The notes: generated by a model from the sequence alone, not told the origin. Counted from the first letter of the stretch, positions 51,914 through 62,411 are shown. The stretch: DNA of 64,000 bases from Methanotrichaceae archaeon (GCA_963803145.1 CAWDLW010000023.1:147953-211952), one strand, 5' to 3'. Program-made: numbers and translations.

Positions 51914-53092
51914 ATGTGGATCATCTCAATTATCGGGAAGGATCGACCAGGGCTGATACGCGATATCCTCGGGGAGCCCGCAACCAAGGGTATCAACATC
52001 GTAGATATGGACCAAAAGGTTATGCAGGGGATATTTGTTATGTCCGTGATTGCTGATTTCAGCTGTGCGAGGATTACACCTGGGGAGCTCAAGGCATGGC
52101 TTAAAGGTTCTGCGCCTGCTTTTGGGATAGAGTTCAATCTTCTCCCTATAGAACATTACAGAGGAAGGCGAAAATCCAAAAAGAGCCTTTACGTTGTAAC
52201 CATACTAGCCAGAGATAGAGTAGGCATAATCTTTGATGTCGCATCCATCGTCGCACAGAAGAACATCAACATAGAAAAGGCAATGGTTACAGCGAGAGGG
52301 GAGCTTATCTCAATTGAGTTTTTGATGGATCTTGCGGACTCTAACACCGACTCCTGCAAGGACGATTTGAGGAAAGAATGCGAGAGGCTCGGCCTCGATG
52401 TAATCATTCAGGATGTGGAAAGACACCGGAAGGAGAAGCGTCTCATTGTCTTCGATATGGATATGACCATTGTCGATTTTGAAATAATCAATAAGCTTGC
52501 AAGCTTCGTGGGCGTCGATGAAGAAGTTAAGGCCATAACCGAGAGGGCGATGAAAGGCGAGATAGACTTCAAAGAATCGCTTCGTGAGCGTGTTCGGCTA
52601 CTTAGGGGAATGCCCGTAAGCACTCTCGAGACGATCGCTAGCGATCTACAGCTAACTCCCGGCTCAGAGGAGCTTATCCATCACCTTAAACTGCTCGGAT
52701 ACAAAATAGCTCTCATCAGCGGTGGATTCACATATTTCACAGATGTGCTCAAGGAGCGCCTTGGGTTTGATTACACATTCGCCAATAAGCTAGCGATAAA
52801 GAATCAAAAGCTGACTGGAGAGATTGAGGGAGACATAATAGATGCCGAAGCCAAAGGCAAGATAATTTACCAACTTGCTGAAAAAGAGAATATTAGCCCT
52901 GACAGCATCGTGGCCGTAGGCGACGGTGCCAATGACTGCCTGATGATTAAAAATGCCGGTCTAGGGGTAGCCTTCAATGCCAAGGAAATTCTGAAGAAGG
53001 TATCAGACGGAACCATATCCAGAGAGAACCTGCTTGGATTACTGAACGTCCTTGGGATAGCGGATAAAGAAAATGAGTTATCTGAAGACTGA
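51914..53092 (+). CDS. serB: phosphoserine phosphatase with two ACT domains
   Basis: GKDRPG and ARDRVG ACT motifs; FDMDMT, SGGF, GDGAND; start likely ATG 51914. Confidence 0.92.
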   Translation: MWIISIIGKDRPGLIRDILGEPATKGINIVDMDQKVMQGIFVMSVIADFSCARITPGELKAWLKGSAPAFGIEFNLLPIEHYRGRRKSKKSLYVVTILARDRVGIIFDVASIVAQKNINIEKAMVTARGELISIEFLMDLADSNTDSCKDDLRKECERLGLDVIIQDVERHRKEKRLIVFDMDMTIVDFEIINKLASFVGVDEEVKAITERAMKGEIDFKESLRERVRLLRGMPVSTLETIASDLQLTPGSEELIHHLKLLGYKIALISGGFTYFTDVLKERLGFDYTFANKLAIKNQKLTGEIEGDIIDAEAKGKIIYQLAEKENISPDSIVAVGDGANDCLMIKNAGLGVAFNAKEILKKVSDGTISRENLLGLLNVLGIADKENELSED

Positions 53093-53405
53093 ACACGATA
53101 GTTAACATAATAATTAGTTAATTAAAAGTAAGGCATTATCGATAAAATTATTAATGATATTATTTCCATATTTTAGAGAGCTTTATATTTCATAATGCTT
53201 GTCTAAATAAGCTAAACGCCACAAGAAATATTTAGCTTAAGCTGCCATTATATCACATGGCGAAGTTGAAGCTTTGCCTCAAATAAACCCGAAACAGAAT
53301 AAAGACCAGGCAATAGCCACGCAGGGACAGAAGTGTAATACTGAAAAAGCATTTATACTTGTTCTAGCGTAAGGGTTCTGGTTTGTTCCTTATCATCTTG
53401 GAGGA

Positions 53406-53888
53406 TTGAAGGATTTGACAACTGTTTATGACGTGCCTCCCAATGATCTAATAACGGCAGTGGCCCAGGAGCTGAAGGCTATAGGCAAGGTCCAGCCTCC
53501 AGAATGGGCTCCATACGTGAAGACGGGAGTGAATAAGGAGATGCCGCCAACTAACCCTGACTGGTGGTATGTGCGATGTGCATCAGTCTTACGCAGAATC
53601 TACATAGATGGACCTGTCGGCGTCTCTCGCCTCAGAACCTATTACGGCGGAAAACACCGCCAGCCCGTAGCAACGGCACGCTTCGCTAAGGGAAGCGGCT
53701 CGATAATAAGAGAGGCATTGCAACAGCTTGAGAAGGCAGGATACGTCAAGAAGGCCAACAGAAGAGGACGCCAGATAACGCCCCAAGGGCAGGCCTTCAT
53801 GGATGACATGTCCCACAAGATCAAGGCACCAATACAGCCATCAGAGCCGGAGCAGGCTGCACAAGCTGCCACAGAACCTGCAGCATAG
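53406..53888 (+). CDS. rps19e: 30S ribosomal protein S19e
   Basis: TVYDVP, PEWA.YVKTG, DWWYVRCAS, GSGSIIR. Confidence 0.97.
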   Translation: MKDLTTVYDVPPNDLITAVAQELKAIGKVQPPEWAPYVKTGVNKEMPPTNPDWWYVRCASVLRRIYIDGPVGVSRLRTYYGGKHRQPVATARFAKGSGSIIREALQQLEKAGYVKKANRRGRQITPQGQAFMDDMSHKIKAPIQPSEPEQAAQAATEPAA

Positions 53889-53903
53889 ACGAGGTATTAG
53901 AGA

Positions 53904-54245
53904 ATGGTTGATGATGAGCTTGCAGAACTAAGACGCAAAAAGCTAGAGCAGCTTCAACACCAGCAGATGGAATCCCAGATGTATGCCGCTCAACAAGAAC
54001 AGGCGCAAGCAGAGCTGGACGCTAGGAAAACAGCCATAATGAGGAGCATTATGACTCCTGAGGCCAGAGAAAGGCTGAATACTCTTCGTATTACCAAGCC
54101 GGAATTCGTTGCCCAGATCGAGGCCCAGCTAATTATGCTTGCACAGAGCGGTAGGCTGAAAGGCGCAATCACCGACGAGCAGCTCAAAGCTATACTTAAG
54201 CAGGCTCAGCCCACGAAAAGGGATATCACTATCACTAGAAAGTAA
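53904..54245 (+). CDS. PDCD5-like DNA-binding protein
   Basis: [24 protein letters not shown]. Confidence 0.92.
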   Translation: MVDDELAELRRKKLEQLQHQQMESQMYAAQQEQAQAELDARKTAIMRSIMTPEARERLNTLRITKPEFVAQIEAQLIMLAQSGRLKGAITDEQLKAILKQAQPTKRDITITRK

Positions 54246-54255
54246 TGATCGCTTT

Positions 54256-54912
54256 ATGAAGGCGATGATTTTATTCAGCGGCGGAAAGGATAGTGGCCTA
54301 ACAGCACTACTGCTCGAACCTTTCTTTGATGAGATTGAGCTGGTGACATTTAGCTTCGGCCAGGACGATTCTTGGAAGGCCGCTCGCGCGGCTGCAGACG
54401 AGCTGGGCCATCCCCATAGGACAATCGTTTTTGAGGATGGGGTTATGGATAGAGCCCTGGAGATCCTCACCACCACTGGATACCCTAATGATGCCCTTAA
54501 CTATGTTCATTCGATCGCGGTAGAAGCTTTAGCCGAAGAATGTAAGTTCGTAGCCGATGGTACAAGAAGAGATGATCGCGCGCCCAAGATGGATTTTAGC
54601 GCGATACGCAGCCTCGAGGACCGCATGCATGTACACTATCTCAGGCCTCTGGCCGGCCTTGGGGTCAAGGCAATAAGCGCCATGGCCTCACGATATTTGG
54701 AATTCATCGAGGAGCCATCTGAGCGGTACCCTGCCTCGGACTTTGAGATTGGGCTCAGATATGCCCTGGCGGAAAAGTGCGGTCAGAATGAGGTTGATAA
54801 GATATTTCCCAAAAATCATACACATACCAGAGTTATTCGGAGGAAAAGATTTGTCCAAGAAAATGAAGGGCAAGAAAATCAGACTTGCCAAGGCATTCAA
54901 TCAGAATCGTAG
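54256..54912 (+). CDS. PP-loop ATPase superfamily protein (conserved in rps19e operon)
   Basis: [20 protein letters not shown]. Confidence 0.8.
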   Translation: MKAMILFSGGKDSGLTALLLEPFFDEIELVTFSFGQDDSWKAARAAADELGHPHRTIVFEDGVMDRALEILTTTGYPNDALNYVHSIAVEALAEECKFVADGTRRDDRAPKMDFSAIRSLEDRMHVHYLRPLAGLGVKAISAMASRYLEFIEEPSERYPASDFEIGLRYALAEKCGQNEVDKIFPKNHTHTRVIRRKRFVQENEGQENQTCQGIQSES

Positions 54913-55003
54913 GGTGCCTTCCTGGGTTATTATCAAGACCATGCGACGTGTGGTCAACCATCCCAAGAGGCGACACTGGAGAAGAAGCACTTTAGAGGCA
55001 TGA
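54851..55003 (+). CDS. rpl39e: 50S ribosomal protein L39e
   Basis: TTG start after GGAGG; KIRLAKA..QNRRVP.WV..KT...HPKRRHWRR. Confidence 0.95.
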   Translation: MSKKMKGKKIRLAKAFNQNRRVPSWVIIKTMRRVVNHPKRRHWRRSTLEA

Positions 55004-55004
55004 T

Positions 55005-55271
55005 ATGGCTGAGACTGAACATGTTTACACAATCCCCCTTAGGGTCGTCAAGAGCGTTCCAAGGTGGAGAAGAACCAACCGTGCGATGAGCGAGGTCAGG
55101 ATCTATCTATCCAGGCACATGAAGACTCCGGCAGAGGACGTAAAGATCGATAAGAGCTTGAATGAGGCGCTATGGGCCAGGGGCGATGAAAAGCCTCCGC
55201 AAAAGATAAGGGTCCGCGCGGTCAAGTTTGACGATGGCGGGGTTGAGGCAGAGTTTGCAGGCGAGCAGTAG
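55005..55271 (+). CDS. rpl31e: 50S ribosomal protein L31e
   Basis: [28 protein letters not shown]. Confidence 0.95.
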   Translation: MAETEHVYTIPLRVVKSVPRWRRTNRAMSEVRIYLSRHMKTPAEDVKIDKSLNEALWARGDEKPPQKIRVRAVKFDDGGVEAEFAGEQ

Positions 55272-55926
55272 AAGGCTAAAGATAGCAGGCAGCTCATTAC
55301 TCGGAATCTTTGCAAGGTGCACTGATAAAGTCGTCCTTGTGCCTCCCGAGACAACAGAGGATGCTGTTAAGGCGCTAGAGGATAGGCTGAAGGTCCCATC
55401 GCTTAGTATCACAGTGGCAGGAAGCTCCGTCTTAGGTGCACTTATATGCGGCAACTCAAACGGCTTTGTGCTTACCTCGCTGGCCCATAAAGACGATATT
55501 GAGAAGCTGTCAGAATATGGAAGTGTAACAAAGCTGCCAGGCAAAATCAATGCGGCTGGGAATGTAATCCTAGCCAACGATAGAGCTGCCATAGTGCACC
55601 CAGGTCTATCGAAAAGGGCCTGCGATGCCATCTCAAATGCTCTTGGGGTCGCTGTTACCAAGGGAACTGTCGGCGGCCTGAAGACAGTTGGCATGGCGGC
55701 AGCAATAAACAATAAGGGCATTCTGGTTCATCCGCGTACATCCGAAGCCGAGATAGCGGTATTAGAGGATGTATTCAAGCTCCCAGTGGATGTGGGCACG
55801 GTCAACTTCGGATCGCCACTCGTAGGATCGGGCATCCTGGCAAATAGCCATGGGTACTTTGCCGGAGATGACACCACAGGGCCTGAGCTTGGCCGTATCG
55901 AGGATGCACTGGGTTTCCTAATTTAG
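55255..55926 (+). CDS. eif6: translation initiation factor 6 (aIF6)
   Basis: [19 protein letters not shown]...VGSG, TTGPEL.RIEDALG; start uncertain. Confidence 0.93.
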   Translation: MQASSRRLKIAGSSLLGIFARCTDKVVLVPPETTEDAVKALEDRLKVPSLSITVAGSSVLGALICGNSNGFVLTSLAHKDDIEKLSEYGSVTKLPGKINAAGNVILANDRAAIVHPGLSKRACDAISNALGVAVTKGTVGGLKTVGMAAAINNKGILVHPRTSEAEIAVLEDVFKLPVDVGTVNFGSPLVGSGILANSHGYFAGDDTTGPELGRIEDALGFLI

Positions 55927-55936
55927 GGGTAGGATT

Positions 55937-56137
55937 ATGAGCGAGTTTAAAGTCAATGGAAAATTTAGAACCGAACGTATCGGCAAGAACTGGCGGCCGT
56001 TCTCCAAGATAGTGGAGAGCCATAATGAGAATACAGCAAAGGAAATGGTCTACTCACTTCTTGGAAGCGAGCATGGCCTAAAGAGAAACCTCATTAAGAT
56101 AGAAGGGGTGAATGAGGTGTTGCCTCTTGAGCAGTGA
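55937..56137 (+). CDS. rpl18a: 50S ribosomal protein L18Ae/LX
   Basis: FSK.......A.E.VYS..GS.H.LKR..I.I. Confidence 0.9.
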   Translation: MSEFKVNGKFRTERIGKNWRPFSKIVESHNENTAKEMVYSLLGSEHGLKRNLIKIEGVNEVLPLEQ

Positions 56138-56609
56138 TCCAACAGGTGGCGATCCTTCCAGTGATGAAGATTCTGCTAGCGAAGAGGAGATAAGACGGCT
56201 AGTCTCGGCATATCAGCAGTATCAGAACCAGGCAGATGCCATAGTGCGCCAGATCAGCTTAACGCAGCTTACTGCTGAGGGCCTTGATAGGGCTTCTAAA
56301 GCAGTTGAGGCGATGGATACAGCATCGGAAGGACAGGAAATGCTTGTATCAATAGGGTCCGGCTCATTCGTTTATGCGAGGCTCGCCTCAAAGGATAAGG
56401 TCGTCCTGAATGTCGGTGCAGGTGTAAGCATCGAGAAGACGACTACTGAAGCAAAAGAGACTTTAAAGGCAAGGCAAACCGAGGTCTCAGAGGGTTCAAA
56501 GAAGCTGAGCGAGATGCTATCCAGAATAGATCAGGAGATGCAGAAGATACAAGCGATAATGGCCAGGTACGAGCAGCAAGCCCAAGGGAGCGGACAGAAG
56601 GTTGTTTAA
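56127..56609 (+). CDS. pfdA: prefoldin alpha subunit
   Basis: Coiled coils flanking LVSIGSGSFV...VVLNVGAGVSIEK; TTG start after GAGGTG likely. Confidence 0.9.
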   Translation: MSSDPTGGDPSSDEDSASEEEIRRLVSAYQQYQNQADAIVRQISLTQLTAEGLDRASKAVEAMDTASEGQEMLVSIGSGSFVYARLASKDKVVLNVGAGVSIEKTTTEAKETLKARQTEVSEGSKKLSEMLSRIDQEMQKIQAIMARYEQQAQGSGQKVV

Positions 56610-57729
56610 TAAGTTCAAGGAAAAGCTCGCAGGCTTTAAGGAATCCCTAGCTTCCAAGATCCAGGAAAAGACGAAGAAGGAACAAACGGAGGCTGCGGAG
56701 ACCGCTAAGGCAGAGATTCCTGCTCAGGCCGAACCGAGCGTTAAGCCTGTGGAGCATGTGGAGAAACAGGCTGCTGTTCAGGCACCCAAAGGTAGTGGGG
56801 CCCCGAAAGAACCTGCAAAGCCCAACAAAGGATTCTCTCTGTTTGAGAAGGCCAAATCCCTCGTGTTCGAGCAGGAAGTCATACTCGACGAGAAGGACCT
56901 TGATGAGCCTATGTGGGCATTAGAGATGGCACTCCTTGAAAGCGATGTTGCCCTGCCTGTGGCTGATGAGATCGTAAGATCTGTTAAGTCCGAGCTTGTC
57001 GGCCATAAGAAGAAGATCGGCAAAGATACAGGCGCTATTGCTGAGGAGTCGCTAAGATCTGCTCTCATGAAACTATTATCTGCAAACTACCTGGATTTTG
57101 ATGAGTTTATTAAGAACTCCCCGAAGCCTGCTAAAATTCTGTTCGTAGGCGTGAACGGAACAGGAAAGACCACATCCATCGCTAAGGTCGCCAGGTATCT
57201 GATGGATCACGGATACTCCGTCGTTTTAGCTGCGGGCGATACATTTAGGGCAGGCGCTATAGAGCAACTTGAAGTACATGGCGAAAAGCTTGGCCTGAAG
57301 GTCGTCAAACATAAGACTGGCGGAGACCCTGCCGCTGTGATCTTCGACGCCATCGAATACGCCAAGGCGCATAATAAGGATGTTGTCCTGGCAGATACAG
57401 CCGGAAGACTGCACACAAACATAAACCTCATGGACCAAATGAAGAAGATAGTGAGGGTGACATGTCCCGATCTGCTCATATTCGTCGATGAGGCAATCGC
57501 AGGTAACGATGCAGTAGAGCGTGCCAGGCTGTTCAACGAATCTGTAGCGATTAACGGCACCATCTTGACTAAGACCGATGCCGATGCAAAAGGCGGCTCG
57601 GCGATATCAATAGCTTACATCACCGGCAAGCCAGTTCTATTTCTAGGCGTGGGCCAGACGTATCCGGATCTGGTAAAGTTCGAGCCTAAATGGCTTGTCG
57701 ATAGATTGATGGGCGAGGCAGAAGCTTAA
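56602..57729 (+). CDS. ftsY: SRP receptor FtsY
   Basis: GVNGTGKTT, DTFRAGA, DTAGR, TKTDADAKGG, GVGQ. Confidence 0.97.
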   Translation: MFNKFKEKLAGFKESLASKIQEKTKKEQTEAAETAKAEIPAQAEPSVKPVEHVEKQAAVQAPKGSGAPKEPAKPNKGFSLFEKAKSLVFEQEVILDEKDLDEPMWALEMALLESDVALPVADEIVRSVKSELVGHKKKIGKDTGAIAEESLRSALMKLLSANYLDFDEFIKNSPKPAKILFVGVNGTGKTTSIAKVARYLMDHGYSVVLAAGDTFRAGAIEQLEVHGEKLGLKVVKHKTGGDPAAVIFDAIEYAKAHNKDVVLADTAGRLHTNINLMDQMKKIVRVTCPDLLIFVDEAIAGNDAVERARLFNESVAINGTILTKTDADAKGGSAISIAYITGKPVLFLGVGQTYPDLVKFEPKWLVDRLMGEAEA

Positions 57730-57886
57730 ATTTTTATTATTATAATCTTTTACCCAAATTTAAAACATATAACCGATATGCATAGCTTGACTGTAGGACT
57801 CGTTAAGTGTAAATCTTTAGGTAATACACGATAATTGCTACCTAAACGCTTTTCTTTCCAACTTTAGCTCAAGATTATAATAACAA

Positions 57887-58004
57887 ATAAATCAATGTTA
57901 TAAATTGATAGTGAAATAGTTAAGATCAACCGGATATCATAGATCTTTCTGGTGTTGTTCCCCGCCTGCGGGGTCAGGGGCGAGCCCGCGCGGCGACTGA
58001 GCGC
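57887..58004 (+). repeat. dispersed structured repeat, copy 2 (about 120 bp)
   Basis: Direct repeat of 62235-62353, including TATAAAT, TCATAGATCTT, GGTGTTGTTCCCCGC(C/T)TGCGGGGTCAGGGGC and the core. Confidence 0.85.
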
Positions 58005-58205
58005 ACCCCGTCAACTGCTACCGCGCGAGATCCACAGACGCGCGGCGGCGCCGGAAAGTTAGCAGTTTGTTTTTGTATATCGTTGCGATGAGTTTTTCCA
58101 ACTAACAGCGATTATTTCGCTTACGGGTTCCGCCTGCGGATAGCGGCTTGAGAAAATAGCACCCTCACCCCTCAGTCCCCTCTCCCTACGAGGGCGAGGG
58201 GAAGT

Positions 58206-58244
58206 AGCACGCTCAATCGCCGCGCAGGCTACCCTCCGGGAGGG
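58206..58244 (-). repeat. dispersed repeat core, copy 3 (inverted relative to copy 2)
   Basis: CGCTCAATCGCCGCGCAGGCT (58210-58230) is complementary to 57983-58003 at 19 of 21 positions. Confidence 0.75.
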
Positions 58245-58683
58245 ATTATGTGAGTAGGATTGATGAGTTGATCTGTTTAGGCTCTTATCTTACCTGTTTT
58301 AGCCTGGAAGCAAATCCTTTGGCTCACACCCACAAGTGAACCAAGCATACCTCACCGGCCACCTTTTGGGCAGCACATATCCCGGTTGGATGTTTGATAA
58401 AGGACAAAGGAATAAGCATGGTTGAGACCTCATACTCTCATTTCATAGAGATACCTTCAGCGTGATTGGTGTGTTAATTTCTGATTTCCATTATAATCAG
58501 AAGTTTCAAGCTTTTACCAGCTTATGTATTGGAGATGAGAAACCCACACGAATATGGATGTTGGGATTAACTATTGCCGGCAGCTACCGCAGACTTCTTA
58601 AACATCTGTGAACCTAAACGAAAAATCATGACTAGGTTAATACTATTGGCTGTAACCTTTCAAATAAAGGAGGGAATTAAGTC

Positions 58684-59169
58684 ATGAATCATATAGGTTT
58701 GGGGTTGTTATCGTCGTTGTTGCTTATAACAGCTATACAGGTCACAACCTGCATGGAGTATAGTCATTTATTTGACACATGGGAGATGAAATTTTCCACA
58801 CCACAGGATATTAAAGCCGATGTAACATGGAGACCAGAAACAGATGCGGGCGGATCATCTTCAATCTTATTAACTGATGGTCAGAATTTATACCTAGATG
58901 TGGATTTTTTCTTGAATAAATTTGAGGAAGGAGATTCGCGAGATACAACACCAGAAAATCTTAAAAAGCTCTGGAAATTTAATTCCCTCAAAACCGACAA
59001 AGATCCGACCATTTCAAAGCTCAAAAACGGTGATTATGTTGTAGCAGGTCCATGCGAAAGTAGTGCGGTTAGTGTCATGCGAACTTTTGATTTTGATCGT
59101 GATGGTCAAATTGATTGTTACTTAGTCTTTATGGGAGGCGAACCGATGCAGAGGTTTATTGCTATTTAG
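58684..59169 (+). CDS. secreted hypothetical protein
   Basis: GGAGG upstream; N-terminal hydrophobic signal. Confidence 0.55.
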   Translation: MNHIGLGLLSSLLLITAIQVTTCMEYSHLFDTWEMKFSTPQDIKADVTWRPETDAGGSSSILLTDGQNLYLDVDFFLNKFEEGDSRDTTPENLKKLWKFNSLKTDKDPTISKLKNGDYVVAGPCESSAVSVMRTFDFDRDGQIDCYLVFMGGEPMQRFIAI

Positions 59170-59328
59170 TGAATTACATGGCATCTTCGGCCAACGTTAA
59201 GCCATATTCCTCTAACTGGAACCCATATTATGAGGAGTAAATTTTAGGTTTACATGGATATGATCAATCCTCTGCAGGGCTGGAATACGACAAGGGAATG
59301 CAGTAGAATATCGTAACCCCTGTAAATA

Positions 59329-59772
59329 TTAAAAACTGAATATTTTTTTTAAGCATTCTACTACCAGACCAGAACTTATGCTTTGCACATATGGATCATG
59401 GTATAGGTTTTTAAGCGGTTCTGTAAGCGAGTCTTTTTTCTGTGGAGGTATATTCTCAGAATCATTCACGGCCATTTCTATCGCCTTTAAAACATCGCGT
59501 GCGTCTCCATAGCCTTTGCTAAACATATAATCCGGATGTGTTAGCCATAAACGTCCCTTAGCTGTAAGCTCTGCTCCGCATCCATCGCAGCTTTCGGCCA
59601 GCTTTACTAGTCCATCTTCCTTCATCATATGTAAAAAATCTGAAACATCCTGGGGGCTCATGTCTAAAGCCTTCGCAATCTTATCATCTCCGACATATTG
59701 ATGCGGCAGCGGCTGGCATATTTCAGCTATTTTTTGTAAAATTTTAAGCTCGATTTCATGCATATCATTCAC
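59329..59772 (-). CDS. winged-helix domain protein
   Basis: ELKILQKI...IAKALDMS...GLVK...LTAKGR plus helical C-terminus. Confidence 0.65.
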   Translation of the reverse strand: MNDMHEIELKILQKIAEICQPLPHQYVGDDKIAKALDMSPQDVSDFLHMMKEDGLVKLAESCDGCGAELTAKGRLWLTHPDYMFSKGYGDARDVLKAIEMAVNDSENIPPQKKDSLTEPLKNLYHDPYVQSISSGLVVECLKKIFSF

Positions 59773-60077
59773 TATAAAGGGCTTGGGTTCAAGAAGTATA
59801 AATTTTTTTCTCCTATAAAAAATGATCGAACTATTGAGGCTGATACAGCCTTCGATGATTCCGGGGACGGGCTATATTGGCTGATCCCAGCTCCTATGAG
59901 GGCTTAACCTCTGGGTGAATTTACTGGTAACCTTCAGGCCGCACTATTCAAGGCTTAGTCCATTGATGCCGGTTCCGTATTTGCCGTCATGTGCGGGGGA
60001 TGAGATCCCGCAGCTTTTGTTAGCCACTCTATTCAGTAACTAGTGCCTTACAGCATATCGATTTATGGCAGTCAGTG

Positions 60078-60632
60078 TTATTTAGTTTCCAGTTTATCTA
60101 GGATCTTCCTTTTTGCTTCCTTGAACTCATCCTCAGAAAGTATGCTTTGATCTCTTAATTCTGCCAGCTTTTTGAATTGAGCCGCAAGATCTAAGGAAGG
60201 AGTTTCTTTAGTCTCAATTGGCTGCAATATAACACGATTCTGTAATTGATTGATTGATAGCATATTAGCTTTCAATACGCTGACAGCTTTTTGAGCATCA
60301 CCATTCTCGACGTGCTCTATAGTACTCGATTCAAGGCCCGCATGGATTGTTATATCTGATCTCGTGGGGCCTTTCTTTACATCAACATTGCTGATGAAAT
60401 TCAATTGATAGTCGTCTATGTCGCCTCCGATAAATCCCGGCTTATAGATGATTGCCCTCTTCGTAGTGACTAGCAATTTTTTAGGCAGCATTTTTGGTCT
60501 CATATAGGCGGATTCGACAAGGATACACGCTTCTTCTCCTTCTACGAGGATCTTTGCTAAAGCACCGGGGACCTTATGTATATCGATCCTATTGTTAGAT
60601 GGCTTAAAGTTGCTACCAGATTTCCACGACAT
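60078..60632 (-). CDS. bacterial PH-domain plus SHOCT protein
   Basis: LLVTTKRAI...ISNVDVKKG PH-like; LAELRDQSILSEDEFKEAKRKIL SHOCT. Confidence 0.75.
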   Translation of the reverse strand: MSWKSGSNFKPSNNRIDIHKVPGALAKILVEGEEACILVESAYMRPKMLPKKLLVTTKRAIIYKPGFIGGDIDDYQLNFISNVDVKKGPTRSDITIHAGLESSTIEHVENGDAQKAVSVLKANMLSINQLQNRVILQPIETKETPSLDLAAQFKKLAELRDQSILSEDEFKEAKRKILDKLETK

Positions 60633-60660
60633 GCATACTCCTTAAAAGAAAATCAATGAA

Positions 60661-61146
60661 CTACCACGCCTTAGCCTCCGTAGGCTCTGGGTACTGCGCG
60701 GTCGTTGGCGCCTTATAGCATGTGCAGTCGAATATTCCCCCAGTGCTCGCTCCGAAGCCCTTCCTATCATAGATTGCCATAGTGTCAAGATCGCCAGACT
60801 GCTCCAAAGTCTGAGCAGTAGCACTTGATATCTCTCCTGTCTCAACAGCTTCATTCAGTCCCATCTCCTGCGATGGTGTGGGCATTGTCCCATTATCTTC
60901 GCCTGGGTTCATGATATCGAAGCTGTCCACGATGCTACCATTATCTACATAGTGCGCTAATGGAACAGTACCCCAAGTCCAAAGATCGCTAGGCTTAATG
61001 CTGATGCTATGTGTATTGTTGAGATTAGCCAAAGCCGTTTTTCCACCGGCGCCCGATAGATCCATAGCTAAAGTAGGAGACGCTAAGACAAACGCAGCTA
61101 ATAATATCATCCATGGCCTAATAATCAATCCCTCAGGGAAGATCAT
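60661..61146 (-). CDS. secreted hypothetical protein
   Basis: Signal peptide (MILLAAFVLASPTLA); LWTWG motif. Confidence 0.6.
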   Translation of the reverse strand: MIFPEGLIIRPWMILLAAFVLASPTLAMDLSGAGGKTALANLNNTHSISIKPSDLWTWGTVPLAHYVDNGSIVDSFDIMNPGEDNGTMPTPSQEMGLNEAVETGEISSATAQTLEQSGDLDTMAIYDRKGFGASTGGIFDCTCYKAPTTAQYPEPTEAKAW

Positions 61147-61541
61147 GAAAGTATTTCAGGAGATAAAAGTTTCTAAGAAGACAATATATCTGTGTCAAAG
61201 AGTACGTATAACCCGCTGTTCAGGTCTCTCCTTAACCGGCCGGTGAGAAGTCAATTTGGTATTTTATGAACATCTTTTCTTTGCTCTTACCCAATTCTTT
61301 TACGCTCCAAGTTCTACATTATCCGCAATCACTATCGCCGGATTTAATTAATCAATATCAGTGACCATTAAAGTAAACTTGACTAATATTCCTATACTAC
61401 ATGGAATATAATCTAACTCGAAAGGGCAGTTAAGCCGGTTCTGATATCTTTTCGAAAGTTGTATAAACTACTGAATATAACCTGTGCCCCAGGTGCGTAT
61501 ATCTTGATCATATGGTAGACAGGGCGAAAGATTATTTGTGA

Positions 61542-61703
61542 ACCTTAACTCCGCATCACGTGGGGAATGCATGACTGAACATAGTCGTTAGATATCGATC
61601 TTGAAAAGCATCATATCCGCCATATGGGAATATAGTTTTCGAGTCATCCATAGCATCTGACTTCATTCGAATAAACTATTCCCTACAAATGCGGAGTTAA
61701 GGT
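61542..61703. mobile_element. MITE-like non-autonomous element
   Basis: Perfect TIR ACCTTAACTCCGCAT/ATGCGGAGTTAAGGT; flanks TGTGA/TGTAA (near-perfect 5-bp TSD); no coding capacity. Confidence 0.7.
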
Positions 61704-61763
61704 TGTAAAATTATCCACATCCTCAGGCTTCTATTTGGGCAGCTCTCAACTGTTCCCTATTCT

Positions 61764-62160
61764 CTAGGAGTGAGCCTTCCACATTTTGAAGTGGACACCC
61801 GGCCCATAGATCGTCCTCTCCCTATTATTATCCGGCATAACCTCGTACCTGAGCTTCTTGGTCGGGTCACGGCAGACCAGCCGATTGGCTAGCCTTTGCA
61901 TAGGGAATCCTAAGACTTTATAGTCTGCCCCAGCCTCCGCTATGATACGAGTAACAGCCCTAAAACTAAACAATAAACTACTTCCTGGTTGGCGCCGACC
62001 ACTCATCAGGCGTTGGCATCCTTGGGAGAGTGCCTACTGGACCATCCGGCTCATAAAGTTCCTCGGCTAGGATCTCGGCCAGCTTCGGCCTCTCTCTGAT
62101 AATCTCAAGCAGGGCCTGGTCGGTCTTAATCATCTCCTCGTAGAGATTGAATTCTTCCAT
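61764..62160 (-). other. two short overlapping ORFs, possibly one degraded gene
   Basis: 61978-62160 has a GAGGA RBS; 61764-62006 continues in another frame. Confidence 0.35.
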
Positions 62161-62234
62161 GGTTCCTCAAGATAGGATCAAGAAGCTAGAGCCTAATGAT
62201 ACTAAAAGCTCCAGCCCATTGAACATTGAGGTAT

Positions 62235-62365
62235 AATAAATCAGTACTATAAATAGGTGGTGAAATGGTCAACATCAACCGGGTATCATAGATCTTGTTG
62301 GTGTTGTTCCCCGCTTGCGGGGTCAGGGGCAAGCCCGCGCGGCGACTGAGCGCGCTAGTAAAACC
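62235..62365 (+). repeat. dispersed structured repeat, copy 4
   Basis: Direct repeat of 57887-58004; 3' extension GCTAGTAAAACC shared with copy 1. Confidence 0.85.
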
Positions 62366-62411
62366 ATTAGTTTCCCATGAAAAACCTTCCTCAATTAAAA
62401 GAAATGGGGTG

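Noticed and set aside
54743-54850. 86-aa extended L39e ORF
   Set aside because: The true start is most likely TTG 54851 after GGAGG, giving the normal 50-aa protein
57955-58245. SRP RNA next to ftsY
   Set aside because: Size is similar, but I could not find the helix 6/helix 8 or Alu-domain motifs; kept as an unknown structured element
59860-60020. GC-richer intergenic stretch with TGCGGG...CCCGCA hairpin
   Set aside because: Probably a terminator or degraded coding scrap; no tRNA cloverleaf or recognisable motif
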